Positions 38,513-49,328 of a stretch of DNA of 64,000 bases are shown in pieces. The notes under the pieces were generated by a model. That model was given only the letters and a program-made list of their open reading frames with translations. It was not told the DNA's origin and ran no database searches. The translations under genes were made by a program, and so were the position numbers. The DNA comes from a virus (lineage: Duplodnaviria; Caudoviricetes). The DNA lies in the IMG/VR virus record IMGVR_UViG_3300021431_000003, positions 1 through 64,000 of that record. The stretch is one strand, 5' to 3'. Position 1 is the first letter of the stretch. The number at the start of each line of letters is the position of its first letter.

Positions 38513-41500
38513 ATGGAAGAATATAGAAATATACTTGCTAACAAGTTTATGCGAGATACTAACTATATAATTATCAAAGATACTGATGACCTTGAAGAAC
38601 TAGAACGTCAATGGGAATTATTTCAATCTTCTCTTACTGTAAGACAACAGAGACTAAGCGATGATAGATCTCTTCAAATTTGGAATATGACTAATCAACA
38701 GCATTATGAAACTTTAAAAGCTGAATTGATGGGAGACTTACAGAATAAACTAGGTATAGAAGATGATGAACCTATATCTATTGAATATGAACCAGATGAT
38801 GATGAAAAGATAGATGATAGTGAAATTACAAACTTTGTTAATATGTCTTTTGATGATTTTGAGATTCCAGATGATGAGAACGAAATCTCTGAACCTATGA
38901 AAGAAGAATCTACTATACCAATTGATCCAAATCAAGCATATATAGATAATCATAGATGGAAGATTGGATATGATGGTATTGACAGAGAGAAAGATAAGAT
39001 TGCTGACCAATATGAGATTGATTCTAATATTAATATTATCGGTGGTGTATATGGTGAAACACCTAAAGAACTGTTAGACAATCTTGAAAAAGCATATCAA
39101 GCTTGGAACTCTCAAAATCAAGACCATAGAAAAAAGTCTGATGATAAGTGCAGAGAAATCTATGGTATGTCTAATATAGATAGATATAATAAGCTTAAAG
39201 GCATTTTTGTAAAGATGTCTGTTCCAAAGACAGATAAAGATGTATCTAAGAATATTAGTAATAATACTAATTCTTCTGAAGAAGCATTAAGCGAATTTAC
39301 TCTAGAAGTATATCGTAATATGCAAGTAGTTAATGAAGCAGAATCTAATAAAGCCAAACAACATAGAAGACTCAATGATACTCCATACTTTACTCCAAGT
39401 GAAATGATTGATATGGGAGTACATGGTAATCATAATTACTATTGTAAAGATGCAGATAATGATGGTCTTATTACAAGAGTAAGAATTCCAACTTGGTTTG
39501 ATTCTTATAAAGATATGTGTATGGACCATATCTTTGAAGACTATACTAGAGATTGGATTGATACATTAGACTATCTATACTCAGATTTTGAAGAGATTAA
39601 AGAGTCTGGTAATGAAGAAAAGATTCTTGCTCGCAAACAGTCTATTCTTGATTTGGGTTGGAATCCAGAGATTCCATTTACTAGACGTAATAGACAATTA
39701 GCATCCAAACGTGTATCTAAGCTATTAGATAAATCTAGTCCAATGAATCTCTTTATTAATCTTGATAAAGAAGTTCCAGATGAAGCTATAACAGATGAAC
39801 CTGTTACAGAAAATGCATCTAAAGATACGCATCAGCCTATCTATATGGTATTTGTACAAGGCAAAGCTCCTGTCGTATCAACTGCTATTAAGAAGGTTAC
39901 TAATTCACCATTCTCTCACATTGGTATCTCTTTTGATTCAAAATTAAATACTGTACACACATATAATATGGTACCAAAACCTGGCGTAGTAAAAGAAACT
40001 TTGTCTGGTTATAAAGATAATATCATTACAGTAATGGCATTCTTTGCTCCTACAGATATCTATAACACAATGAAAGACACCGTAATGGATTATTATATCA
40101 ATGCTAAGAAAACTGTATATGACTTTGGTATTATTTTTAATAAGCTAATCAATAAGAATGCTAGAGTAGTAAACGATAAGTACCATCAAGTATGCTCTAC
40201 ATTTGTTGATACTGTGCTTAAGTCTGGTAAAGTAACGTTAGATAAAGATGCTAATGTACCATCTCCAGCAGAATTATATAATGCTACTAAGTCTATGCCT
40301 AATAAGATTATTGAAGTATATTCTGGTCCAGCAGATAAATATGATAGTGTTAAAGTAGATAAGAAGATGAATAAACTCTTAGAAAAGGGCACTAAAGCTA
40401 TTGATGAAGCAACTGATATTGCTTCTCAAATTAAACTTGTACCAGCAACCCAATCTGATACTGAAAATATGTATAATTGGGAAATGGAGTCTATTGATAA
40501 ATCTCTTCAATCTGATAGTAAAGTTATATCTTGCATTAAACAAGATGTACAAGATTCTATCAAAGATACTAAGATGATTACTTATAATAACAAAACTATC
40601 GGTATGCTAACTTGCTGTTATATAGATAACGGTGAATGGTGGTATATTGGCGAGATTTATCTAATACCAGAATATCGTAATAAGGGTATTGGTACAAAGC
40701 TTATCAAAGAACAAATGCAATCTCGCGATAAAATCAAACTTCAAGTAGCATATAGTAATAAGGGTGCTATAAAGTTGTATAAATCTCTCGGATTCAAAAC
40801 CATAAATAAAAATGATAAAGGTAAGATGTATATAATGGCTTACGATAAATCTCAATCTTTAGAAGAAGCTGTAACTGATTTAAAATCATCAGAATCTAAT
40901 GATATATATCATAATATAGAGGATTGGGAGTCTGGTAAATCTAACTTATTATGGATTACTGGATTATCTGGTTCTGGTAAATCTACTATAGCTAAAGAGA
41001 TATCTGGAAATAACATAGAACATGTAGAACTGGATAATCTTCAAAGAGCTAAAATGGATAACTGGGACCACACTGGTTCTACACTTATGGATGATTATAT
41101 TAAATCTAAAGGTGGTCTTACTAATATCTTTTCTTATGTAAACGATTTAGATGAAGTTAGATGGAAAGACTTAGTGTCTAATGAAACTGAATGTCCTAAG
41201 CAATTCAATGATTTCTTTGAATATATAATTAAATATGCTAATACTCATAAAAATAAAAGATTCGTTGTAGAAGGCGTACAAATTGCAATGTGCTCCAAAA
41301 ATACTACTATAGCAAAGATATCTAAATACCCAGTTATTATAAAAATGAATGGTCCTCTCAAAACAGAATTTCGTAGAGAGAAACGTACCATACAAACAGG
41401 TATAGATAAAAATGATACCTTTATAAAAATATTAAAGACTGTTGCTAATAGACATAAAAACTGGTGGAAACAAAACTTTTATATGGATGATTGGAAAGAA

Positions 41501-41968
41501 ATCAATTACTTTAGAACTCATATAGGAGAATCAGCTTCTATACTTAATGAAGTAAAGCAATTCCCAGTAGAATTCGACAAAGATGGTAATCTCATTATCT
41601 ATAAGGTTCGTATAGGTTCTATCGCTTATGGTGATGAGATTGATGATTCTGTAAAGTTATTAGAGTCATATAGAAATACTAACAATATTGAAGGTATGAA
41701 ATATGAACTCGCTAAGCTTTGGTTCATTAACGATTCTATTGAAAAGAAGCTTAAAAAGAAACTTACTAATGACCAATATAAAGAACTTATTGACCATAGA
41801 GCTACTTGTTTGAATGTATTTAAGCTCAATCTAGAATATGTAATGAAAGCAGAGAAAGGATTTAACTTCTCAGACTATTATAACTCTACTCCATTCTCTG
41901 ATAATTCAATTAAGATTACTGCTAATACATTAAAATACTCTATGAAAGCTATTGCTAACATGATATAA
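38513..41968 (+). CDS. Multidomain (polyvalent) virion protein: permuted papain-like NlpC/P60 + GNAT + P-loop kinase domains
   Basis: IKKVTNSPFSHIGI...YD......CSTFV (YiiX/YebB-like); EIYLIPEYRNKGIG...N.GAIKLYKSLGF (GNAT); WITGLSGSGKST (P-loop); late promoter at 38474. Confidence 0.8.
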   Translation: MEEYRNILANKFMRDTNYIIIKDTDDLEELERQWELFQSSLTVRQQRLSDDRSLQIWNMTNQQHYETLKAELMGDLQNKLGIEDDEPISIEYEPDDDEKIDDSEITNFVNMSFDDFEIPDDENEISEPMKEESTIPIDPNQAYIDNHRWKIGYDGIDREKDKIADQYEIDSNINIIGGVYGETPKELLDNLEKAYQAWNSQNQDHRKKSDDKCREIYGMSNIDRYNKLKGIFVKMSVPKTDKDVSKNISNNTNSSEEALSEFTLEVYRNMQVVNEAESNKAKQHRRLNDTPYFTPSEMIDMGVHGNHNYYCKDADNDGLITRVRIPTWFDSYKDMCMDHIFEDYTRDWIDTLDYLYSDFEEIKESGNEEKILARKQSILDLGWNPEIPFTRRNRQLASKRVSKLLDKSSPMNLFINLDKEVPDEAITDEPVTENASKDTHQPIYMVFVQGKAPVVSTAIKKVTNSPFSHIGISFDSKLNTVHTYNMVPKPGVVKETLSGYKDNIITVMAFFAPTDIYNTMKDTVMDYYINAKKTVYDFGIIFNKLINKNARVVNDKYHQVCSTFVDTVLKSGKVTLDKDANVPSPAELYNATKSMPNKIIEVYSGPADKYDSVKVDKKMNKLLEKGTKAIDEATDIASQIKLVPATQSDTENMYNWEMESIDKSLQSDSKVISCIKQDVQDSIKDTKMITYNNKTIGMLTCCYIDNGEWWYIGEIYLIPEYRNKGIGTKLIKEQMQSRDKIKLQVAYSNKGAIKLYKSLGFKTINKNDKGKMYIMAYDKSQSLEEAVTDLKSSESNDIYHNIEDWESGKSNLLWITGLSGSGKSTIAKEISGNNIEHVELDNLQRAKMDNWDHTGSTLMDDYIKSKGGLTNIFSYVNDLDEVRWKDLVSNETECPKQFNDFFEYIIKYANTHKNKRFVVEGVQIAMCSKNTTIAKISKYPVIIKMNGPLKTEFRREKRTIQTGIDKNDTFIKILKTVANRHKNWWKQNFYMDDWKEINYFRTHIGESASILNEVKQFPVEFDKDGNLIIYKVRIGSIAYGDEIDDSVKLLESYRNTNNIEGMKYELAKLWFINDSIEKKLKKKLTNDQYKELIDHRATCLNVFKLNLEYVMKAEKGFNFSDYYNSTPFSDNSIKITANTLKYSMKAIANMI

Positions 41969-42068
41969 TATACATAACGAGATGTCTCAACGTAGGCATC
42001 TCGTTGTATTTTACTAACACTGAAACATATAAGTAATCAATGTACGTAGCAAGGAGGGATTATGAACA

Positions 42069-42623
42069 ATGCTTACAGGACATGAAATTCTTAAACAAGT
42101 TAAAAGGAACAATATTATTATTGAACCTTTTAATCTTGACCAGTTGAATCCTAACTCTTATAATGTAAGACTAGGAGAACGATTAAAAGTATATGAACGT
42201 GATAATGTACTTGACCTTAAACTAGAGAATAAGTGTTATAATGAGATTCTTATTCCTAAAGAAGGTTTTGTACTATTGCCTAACACTCTTTACATTGGAG
42301 CTACTAAGGAAATCATTGGCTCTAATAAGTTCATTTCTGCTATTGATGGAAGAAGTTCTATTGGTAGATTAGGTATGCAGATTCATCTTACTGCAGGTTT
42401 TGGAGATATTGGTTTCAAAGGAACATACACTTTGGAAATCACTGTTGTACAACCTGTTAGGATTTATCCAGACTATCCTATCGCACAAGTATACTTTGAG
42501 AAACCTGATGGTAAGGTAGACTTTCTTTACTCAGGTAGATATCAAGGTCAAGTACAACCTACTGAATCTAAATCAAATATAGATAGTAAACAGATTCAGG
42601 GATATCATTATAAGGAGAGATAA
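42069..42623 (+). CDS. dcd: dCTP deaminase
   Basis: QLNPNSYNVRLG, GRSSIGRLG, TAGFGDIGFKG.YTLEI, Y.GRYQGQ. Confidence 0.9.
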   Translation: MLTGHEILKQVKRNNIIIEPFNLDQLNPNSYNVRLGERLKVYERDNVLDLKLENKCYNEILIPKEGFVLLPNTLYIGATKEIIGSNKFISAIDGRSSIGRLGMQIHLTAGFGDIGFKGTYTLEITVVQPVRIYPDYPIAQVYFEKPDGKVDFLYSGRYQGQVQPTESKSNIDSKQIQGYHYKER

Positions 42624-42625
42624 TT

Positions 42626-43414
42626 ATGAAATTTAGGAACGAAGCGTTGGAATTAGGAATGAGATTCTATAAATTTGAAAGTGACGAAGATTATAGAATT
42701 TTAGCACTTGTTAAACTTAATGATAATGATGCAGCAGTCTTTATGGATGAAGAGACTTTTGAACTTCATACTATTACTAAAGACGAGCTTGAAAATGAAT
42801 ATACTCTTCTTAGCAATAGTTTACCGTTTGCTGTTGCTGGATTTGAATTTGGTTCAGGAAAGTTATTTCAATTGTTCTTCAATGAAACAATTGTTACTTT
42901 TATTAATACTATGTATAATGAAAGTCAACATGAACTTAAATTTCACATTATCATTAGAGTATATTCTTATATGAAGAAAGCAGTATTTAATAAAACGGTT
43001 AACTATATATTGACACTTAATAACCTTTACTCACCGTTAGAGGAGAATCTGAATACTATATGGAATGTGTATTTTTCATATATCGGTAAGTCAATTTATG
43101 TTGATACAACCAGTCATTATGATAATATTGACATGGAAGAAATTGTGAACAATAAAGCTAAATTACCTGACTCTGTTTTTGTCAGAGCAGAAGATTATTT
43201 AAACACATACATTCTTTCATATGAAGTATACAGATTTGATGCTAGCGTAAACATAGATAATATTAATATGAAATACTTCTTTATCTATGACGCCAATAGA
43301 GATGAGTATTATATCGTATTATATGTTATCGATACAACTAGAGTAGCAATGGAGACCGTTCAGCTAATGGAGGAGAACAAAGACGTCGTTCAATTTATGC
43401 TTGGTCAAAATTAA
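42626..43414 (+). CDS. Hypothetical protein
   Basis: 262 aa, aaggag RBS. Confidence 0.65.
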   Translation: MKFRNEALELGMRFYKFESDEDYRILALVKLNDNDAAVFMDEETFELHTITKDELENEYTLLSNSLPFAVAGFEFGSGKLFQLFFNETIVTFINTMYNESQHELKFHIIIRVYSYMKKAVFNKTVNYILTLNNLYSPLEENLNTIWNVYFSYIGKSIYVDTTSHYDNIDMEEIVNNKAKLPDSVFVRAEDYLNTYILSYEVYRFDASVNIDNINMKYFFIYDANRDEYYIVLYVIDTTRVAMETVQLMEENKDVVQFMLGQN

Positions 43415-43496
43415 TATCGGTTGTATATTATTTTCGTGATTAGAGAGAGTCGACACTCTGATCGAAAACTATATTAATCCTTAAGGAGGAATCGTT

Positions 43497-44345
43497 ATGT
43501 CGAACAATACAAACAATATGCTGTCCATGCTGGACACACTGCACAAGGATATGATTAGAGGGGGTGCTGCTTACATTTCAGGTGGCGATCCAGATCCCGA
43601 TGAGGAGCTGCAGGTTCATGATATTCAGCTCGATGAGGATGAGCTTCTGCTCTTCTCTAATGCACCTGATGGTGTATATTGCATGAATGAGCTCATCGAA
43701 AAGAGCGAGCTCAACAACGGACTTCTGTCCATCGTTCAGAAGCTGTTTGCTGATGTATATGCAGCACAGCTTGAGTATAGCAACCGCTATAACAAGTGGA
43801 TGTTCGTTCTGAATTTCCGCTATCTGACAGACGAGCAGTTCAAGGCTATTCAGGATGAGAATTCTGATAAGCTTATCAAGGCTGTCAGCAGTACGTTTGA
43901 TCCGCAGTCTAATAAGACTGGTGGAGTCGCTGAGACTCTTATGAGTCTTGTTGGCAATCAGAACATGCCTAGTTCCGATGTATGCAAGTATGCAAGCATT
44001 ACTAAGGCTGCGAAGGAGTATCTTGTAAACTTCCTTTATTATGCTCCCACCAATAAGAAGAAGAAGTGGGTGCGTGGTGAGAACTATGATATTCAGCATG
44101 TAGTTCAGACCAGCTACAATGGTCAGCGCTACAGCAATATCGTGGCATCTGTATATCTCGATGCAGAGAAGGTACTCGGGATGCTCTGTGCTACTTCTGA
44201 GAACAGAGACAAGTACAAGTTTACTCTGTCTCCGAGCAGCACTAAGATTAATAACATGGATGGTCTATTTGAGATTCATCGTTATTCTAAGGCTCGTCGC
44301 AGAAAGCTGTCTGCTAAGTATGGCATTCAGTTCAGCAATAACTGA
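43497..44345 (+). CDS. Hypothetical early protein
   Basis: 282 aa, aaggaggg RBS, early promoter at 43422-43438, higher GC3. Confidence 0.75.
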   Translation: MSNNTNNMLSMLDTLHKDMIRGGAAYISGGDPDPDEELQVHDIQLDEDELLLFSNAPDGVYCMNELIEKSELNNGLLSIVQKLFADVYAAQLEYSNRYNKWMFVLNFRYLTDEQFKAIQDENSDKLIKAVSSTFDPQSNKTGGVAETLMSLVGNQNMPSSDVCKYASITKAAKEYLVNFLYYAPTNKKKKWVRGENYDIQHVVQTSYNGQRYSNIVASVYLDAEKVLGMLCATSENRDKYKFTLSPSSTKINNMDGLFEIHRYSKARRRKLSAKYGIQFSNN

Positions 44346-44416
44346 TATGCCTGAAGAGACAGATGTGGCTTCGTCCACATCTGTCTTTTTTATATCTTTG
44401 AAAGGAACGATGTATT

Positions 44417-44629
44417 ATGTATGAATATCTCGATGATGTAATCAAGACTGGTGATAAAGTCAAAGTTATTAAAATGGTAAAAGATGACATTATCATTGGG
44501 AAGATTTCTATCGGTAGTGTAGGAACTTTTGTAGGTGTAGACATTGACAGTAGTTCCTGCTGTGTTAATTTTGATGGTATCGGTATCTATTATGTAAATA
44601 TCGATATGATTGAAAAGGTTAAAGACTAA
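44417..44629 (+). CDS. Small beta-rich hypothetical protein
   Basis: 70 aa, KTGDKVKV...GSVGT...VNFD (SH3/KOW-like pattern). Confidence 0.6.
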   Translation: MYEYLDDVIKTGDKVKVIKMVKDDIIIGKISIGSVGTFVGVDIDSSSCCVNFDGIGIYYVNIDMIEKVKD

Positions 44630-44643
44630 AGGAGGAAATTACA

Positions 44644-45030
44644 ATGGATTTCAAGTATTCTATTATTGACAATATCGACTATACACTTGAGGAGCAGGGT
44701 AATCAGTTTACTGCTCTTCGTAAGGTACGTTGGGGAGATGGCGAAAAAGACTATCTCGAAATTCGTCGTTGGAGAAATACTCCTGACGGCGGTGAACAGG
44801 CTGCTAAGGGTGTTACCTTTATGACAGAAGAAGGCCCTGCTAATGCTATTAATGCATTTATTGACCTTGGTTACGGTAATACTAAGGATATTCTTACTCA
44901 CCTTCAGACAAGAGTAGACTTTAGAAAGTCTCTCAATTCTGTTCTTGGTAAGGAAGATGAACTGTTTGATGAAGAGGTCGGTACTCTTGAGGATGACTTC
45001 TATGACCCTAAGTCTTTAATTGGAGGTTAA
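44644..45030 (+). CDS. PC4/YdbC-like ssDNA-binding protein
   Basis: LRKVRW....YLEIRRW......KGVTF matches the PC4 fold motif. Confidence 0.7.
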   Translation: MDFKYSIIDNIDYTLEEQGNQFTALRKVRWGDGEKDYLEIRRWRNTPDGGEQAAKGVTFMTEEGPANAINAFIDLGYGNTKDILTHLQTRVDFRKSLNSVLGKEDELFDEEVGTLEDDFYDPKSLIGG

Positions 45031-45031
45031 T

Positions 45032-45370
45032 ATGGGAGTATTCGATTCTAATCAAGCTAATAAGAAGTACAATAATGCAATTCCGAATTACGATGTCGAC
45101 GATGGTGTCGACATCGTACATTGTACTGAGGATTGTGTTTTCAGAGATGAAGATAAAGGGAGATGTGTATTCGAGACTTGTATCTTGAATCAATTTCCAT
45201 TATCTATTCCTTACCATACAAGTATTACTAAAACATGTGAGGTTTGTGGAAATAAGTTTACTATTAAATTTAGTGAATTTGACAATCCTATAAGAAAACT
45301 TGGTTTAATGATGTGTGATACTTGTAGAGAAAATCTCTTTAAACTTATAAGAGGTGATAGCAGTGATTAA
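45032..45370 (+). CDS. Cys-rich zinc-binding protein
   Basis: C...CVF......C....C and CEVC...CDTC. Confidence 0.6.
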   Translation: MGVFDSNQANKKYNNAIPNYDVDDGVDIVHCTEDCVFRDEDKGRCVFETCILNQFPLSIPYHTSITKTCEVCGNKFTIKFSEFDNPIRKLGLMMCDTCRENLFKLIRGDSSD

Positions 45371-46349
45371 TAGAGCTCTATTGTATAGCAAGTTTATCAG
45401 ATATGATATTCTAAGGAATATGATTACTGATACACCTTCTATGAAGGATATGATTGGTAAGCCATTAGATATCTTTATAGATATTCAATCTATATATAGA
45501 GATATCTTTGCTATTGAATTTATGGGTAATGATATAAAAATACTTGCTATCAACGTACTCAATATGGCAGCTCATTACCGTCATTTTTTCAGAAATCTTC
45601 TCAATCAAGAAGTAAGAGTATTCTTAGTAAACTCGCAAGTTAATTTATCAGGAAACATTTGTGAGATTACTAACTCTGAAAACGATGATATGTTTAGCAT
45701 TGTAAGATCTCTATGTAAATATTTCCCAAATATCTATTATATCTATAAGAAGGGATATAATGCTAGCACAATCATCTTTCATTTGATTAATACCTATACA
45801 ATGGTAGTACCAGGACATTGCAGTAGTCTTGTCATAAGCAACGACGTTTATGCTTATCAATTACCAACTCTAATCCCTATTTGTTGGATGCTTAGACTTG
45901 GTGTAAAGCATAAGTATATAGTTACAGCAAACAATGCTATAGAATCGTATTTTAAGAATACCACTCCATCTACTGGGTTGAGACAACAGTTATTGCCACT
46001 GATAATGGCATTTAACAAATGTAAAGAATTAAACTTGCCATTACTATTCCCATATAAGACAGCTCTTAACAAAGTAAGAGAACTTATTGACAAACATGCT
46101 ATACTGAATGGATACAATATTCCTAATTCAGCATTTGAAAGTAATGTAGGCATCATGGGAATCTTGGCTCGTTGGACTCTATGTGACTTACAAAGTCAAT
46201 CTGTTGTCTATATGAATTCTATAGATGTGATAGATGATACTTGGAAGGTTAAACGTAAGTGTGACTTTTCTGAGTTAGCTGCTATCTTAGATGACAAGTT
46301 CAATTGTGACCCAGATAATATCCTGAACTATATTTATTTACTTGAGTGA
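45363..46349 (+). CDS. Hypothetical protein, possibly degenerate PIN/5'-nuclease fold
   Basis: IFIDIQS and LVISND strands resemble PIN motifs; fold call is weak. Confidence 0.45.
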   Translation: MINRALLYSKFIRYDILRNMITDTPSMKDMIGKPLDIFIDIQSIYRDIFAIEFMGNDIKILAINVLNMAAHYRHFFRNLLNQEVRVFLVNSQVNLSGNICEITNSENDDMFSIVRSLCKYFPNIYYIYKKGYNASTIIFHLINTYTMVVPGHCSSLVISNDVYAYQLPTLIPICWMLRLGVKHKYIVTANNAIESYFKNTTPSTGLRQQLLPLIMAFNKCKELNLPLLFPYKTALNKVRELIDKHAILNGYNIPNSAFESNVGIMGILARWTLCDLQSQSVVYMNSIDVIDDTWKVKRKCDFSELAAILDDKFNCDPDNILNYIYLLE

Positions 46350-46425
46350 TATAATAAGAGAGATGGCTTCGGTCATCTCTCTTATTTTTTGTCTCTTTGA
46401 ACTTTCATATAATGGAGGTGATATA

Positions 46426-47634
46426 ATGGCTAAGAAAGGTGAACAATACAATTATAGAATTGTACTTAAGTATATAGATTCTTCCAATGTAGAAGTAGAG
46501 ATTGATTCTACTCAATTACAGTATATTCTTATAGATAAAGATTTTGATGGTTGTAATATGCCAGTTATATCAGTATTCGGTTCTATAGAAAAGAATATCT
46601 TAGATGATATGATTCGTAACATGGATAAGAACATAGTTACTCTTGGTATATATAAATATGATGCTACTAATCAGAATGATAATATTACTGATAAGTATTT
46701 TCACGATAAGTTTATTTATATAATCAATGAGGACGTATCTAAGACAGAAAAGATAGACAATCCTAATGGTATTGATAGTAAGACTGGTAATAGACAATAT
46801 AGAGAAGTTAATATATGGCTTATTCAACAAGATGCTATTAATAACAATAGACAAGTTATTAATGGCGTATATCACAATGCATCTATGAATAGCTTAATAC
46901 TTCAATCTACTAATTACTTAGGTAAAGTATTACTTGAACCAATAAGATATGATACTAAGTATGACCAAGTCATCATACCACCATTAGATTCTATATCTAA
47001 TTATATCAGATATCTTAATGATAACCTAGGTGTATTCTATGATACTCCATATAGATTCTTTATAGACTTTGATGCTACATATATAGTGTCATCTGCTGGT
47101 AAACCGATAAGAGCGAGAAATCAATATGTATATACGATAGTAATAGATATAAAAGAAGTAGACATAGAAACATCTGAAGAACCTGGAGCTTATGTAGATA
47201 TAGTATCTGGTAAGTATACAATTGGCATAGATGTATCTAAGGTAGAATATAATAAGAACCATGTTACTAATAAGCTTGTAAACAAAGTAACTGTTATAAA
47301 TGCTAAAGGTGATGTGTTTGAACAGGAAATAGAGGAAAATCAAGCTAAGATAACTGGTACTATAAATCAAGTAATGAATGTATCTAATAACGACCAAAAT
47401 GTAATCAATCCTATATCTCATAATATAGAGTCTAGTAATATAACACTATCTATAGTAAAGAATGACCTAGATGCAACATTGTTTACAATAAATAAAGAGT
47501 ATATCATTAAAGACCCATTACATGAAGAATATAGCGGTAGATATATACTTATGCATTCTAAACAACTCTTTATAAAACAGAATGAAAACTTTATAATGAG
47601 TACAATATTATCATTTAAGAAAGTTGCAGATTAA
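46426..47634 (+). CDS. Putative virion structural protein (baseplate hub-like)
   Basis: Late promoter at 46400; beta-rich; IIPP....YI.YL...GVFY..., C-terminal YSGRYIL; function inferred. Confidence 0.5.
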   Translation: MAKKGEQYNYRIVLKYIDSSNVEVEIDSTQLQYILIDKDFDGCNMPVISVFGSIEKNILDDMIRNMDKNIVTLGIYKYDATNQNDNITDKYFHDKFIYIINEDVSKTEKIDNPNGIDSKTGNRQYREVNIWLIQQDAINNNRQVINGVYHNASMNSLILQSTNYLGKVLLEPIRYDTKYDQVIIPPLDSISNYIRYLNDNLGVFYDTPYRFFIDFDATYIVSSAGKPIRARNQYVYTIVIDIKEVDIETSEEPGAYVDIVSGKYTIGIDVSKVEYNKNHVTNKLVNKVTVINAKGDVFEQEIEENQAKITGTINQVMNVSNNDQNVINPISHNIESSNITLSIVKNDLDATLFTINKEYIIKDPLHEEYSGRYILMHSKQLFIKQNENFIMSTILSFKKVAD

Positions 47635-47635
47635 A

Positions 47636-47670
47636 AAAGCAGGGTAGCATTTAGCTACCCTGCTTAATTT
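47636..47670. terminator. Terminator between convergent genes
   Basis: aagcagggtagc/gctaccctgctt flanked by A/T runs. Confidence 0.8.
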
Positions 47671-47672
47671 TA

Positions 47673-49313
47673 TTAAGTTGTAGGAGCTGGTTGAGGATTG
47701 CCAGGATTTTTCATCTGGGTTGCTCCAGCTGCCATATTTCTATCCATCTTTCTAGAAACTTTATTAGCAGATTCTTTTTCTTGACCAGGATTTCCAAGAT
47801 ACCATTGAACGTGATGTTGAATAATAGAGTAGAAATCTTTATTAGTAAGCTGAAATGCATTAAACATTGTTCTTACAATAGACGACGAGATTTGTAAATC
47901 TGCGTTTACTCTACCTTGTCTATTGTGAATATCAGCATCTAATAACTGGTCTGCTTTATTTTGAATATTAGAATCAGTTTTATCTATATTTTTAATATTA
48001 GAAGCTTGTTGAGTATTAGCTGTCATATTAGATGCTGCTGTATTAGCATCACTTACTTTTTGAGTATTATCTGCGCCAGCAGCTCCAGACTTCATTTTTG
48101 TAGCAGCTTGCTGTTGAGCAGAATTTGTATTATTAGAAGAATTATCACTAAAATTAGGATTTTCTAATAAGAAAGATGTTGATTCTGTTTTAACACCATC
48201 TGCTCCGATAGCAGATTTAACAGCATTAACATCAACGTCTGCTCCATTTGTACCACCAGATAGGTTATAAGTCTTACCACCTACATTTACTGTAGCATTA
48301 CCAGATGCATCATATTTTTTACCATTAATAGCGCTTTTAATCTGGTCATCAGTAATACTTGTACCAGTATCTTTATTTTTATCATCTTTTGGACCTTGCT
48401 GTGCTACAGCTTTTTTAATTTTATCTTGCTGTGCTTTAACATAATCATCCATTTTCTTTTCAGCTTCGTCCATTTTCTTAGTTATTGTATTCATAAGCTT
48501 TTCAAGTTTATTCATATAAGAAACACCGCCATATGTGGCATTAATAATAACTTGAAAATTCTTATCTACTTCATCACCAGACCATGTTACTGTATCTTCA
48601 GAACCATCAAAATATGCTCTAAAAGTACCATCAATATCTGGATTATTATCATTACCATTTTTTGTGGTAAATCCATCAGCAGATTTATTAGACCAGTATC
48701 CTTGTTTAATAAATTCATTAAAGGCTTGAACTTTAATTTCATCATTAATATCAAGTTTCTTTGGAATAGGAGCGTCAGTAATGCTTTGAGCTGAATCGAA
48801 TACATTTAAATTTAAAAAAGAACCATCATTATTTTCATTATTTCCTACTACATTTTGATTGAAATACTTATCCATATTTGAACCGATTACAGACTGTTCT
48901 GTATTATCAGCAGCATCGATAATTCTAGGAAGACCTTTAAAATGGTCTTTTACATCACTAACATCACCACCATTATATTTACAATTCATGATGATATTAG
49001 CGTACTGTTCCATAAATTTTTTCTGTTCACCAAATAAAGCATTCATGGAAGCACCAAGTTTATCAAAAATCTTTTTAAAGAAATTTTTAATTTTAGTAAA
49101 GAATGCTTTAATCTTATCAGTAAATGCAGATTCATGAATAATATACATCTCATTGATAGCACGTTTATTACCACTAGCCTTAATAAGAGACTCGTTAACA
49201 AAGTTTTCCATCTCTCTATTCTGTTCCATCAATGTAGCGAAGAACTGAGCATCTCTATATACTCTATCTAACTCGCTCTCACAGTCAGTTCTAATCATTG
49301 TAAGTTCACTCAT
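47673..49313 (-). CDS. Internal head protein, paralog 4
   Basis: IHES-AFTDKIKAFFTKIKNFFKKIF amphipathic motif shared with neighbours. Confidence 0.7.
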   Translation of the reverse strand: MSELTMIRTDCESELDRVYRDAQFFATLMEQNREMENFVNESLIKASGNKRAINEMYIIHESAFTDKIKAFFTKIKNFFKKIFDKLGASMNALFGEQKKFMEQYANIIMNCKYNGGDVSDVKDHFKGLPRIIDAADNTEQSVIGSNMDKYFNQNVVGNNENNDGSFLNLNVFDSAQSITDAPIPKKLDINDEIKVQAFNEFIKQGYWSNKSADGFTTKNGNDNNPDIDGTFRAYFDGSEDTVTWSGDEVDKNFQVIINATYGGVSYMNKLEKLMNTITKKMDEAEKKMDDYVKAQQDKIKKAVAQQGPKDDKNKDTGTSITDDQIKSAINGKKYDASGNATVNVGGKTYNLSGGTNGADVDVNAVKSAIGADGVKTESTSFLLENPNFSDNSSNNTNSAQQQAATKMKSGAAGADNTQKVSDANTAASNMTANTQQASNIKNIDKTDSNIQNKADQLLDADIHNRQGRVNADLQISSSIVRTMFNAFQLTNKDFYSIIQHHVQWYLGNPGQEKESANKVSRKMDRNMAAGATQMKNPGNPQPAPTT

Positions 49314-49328
49314 GTTTCTTCACCTCCA

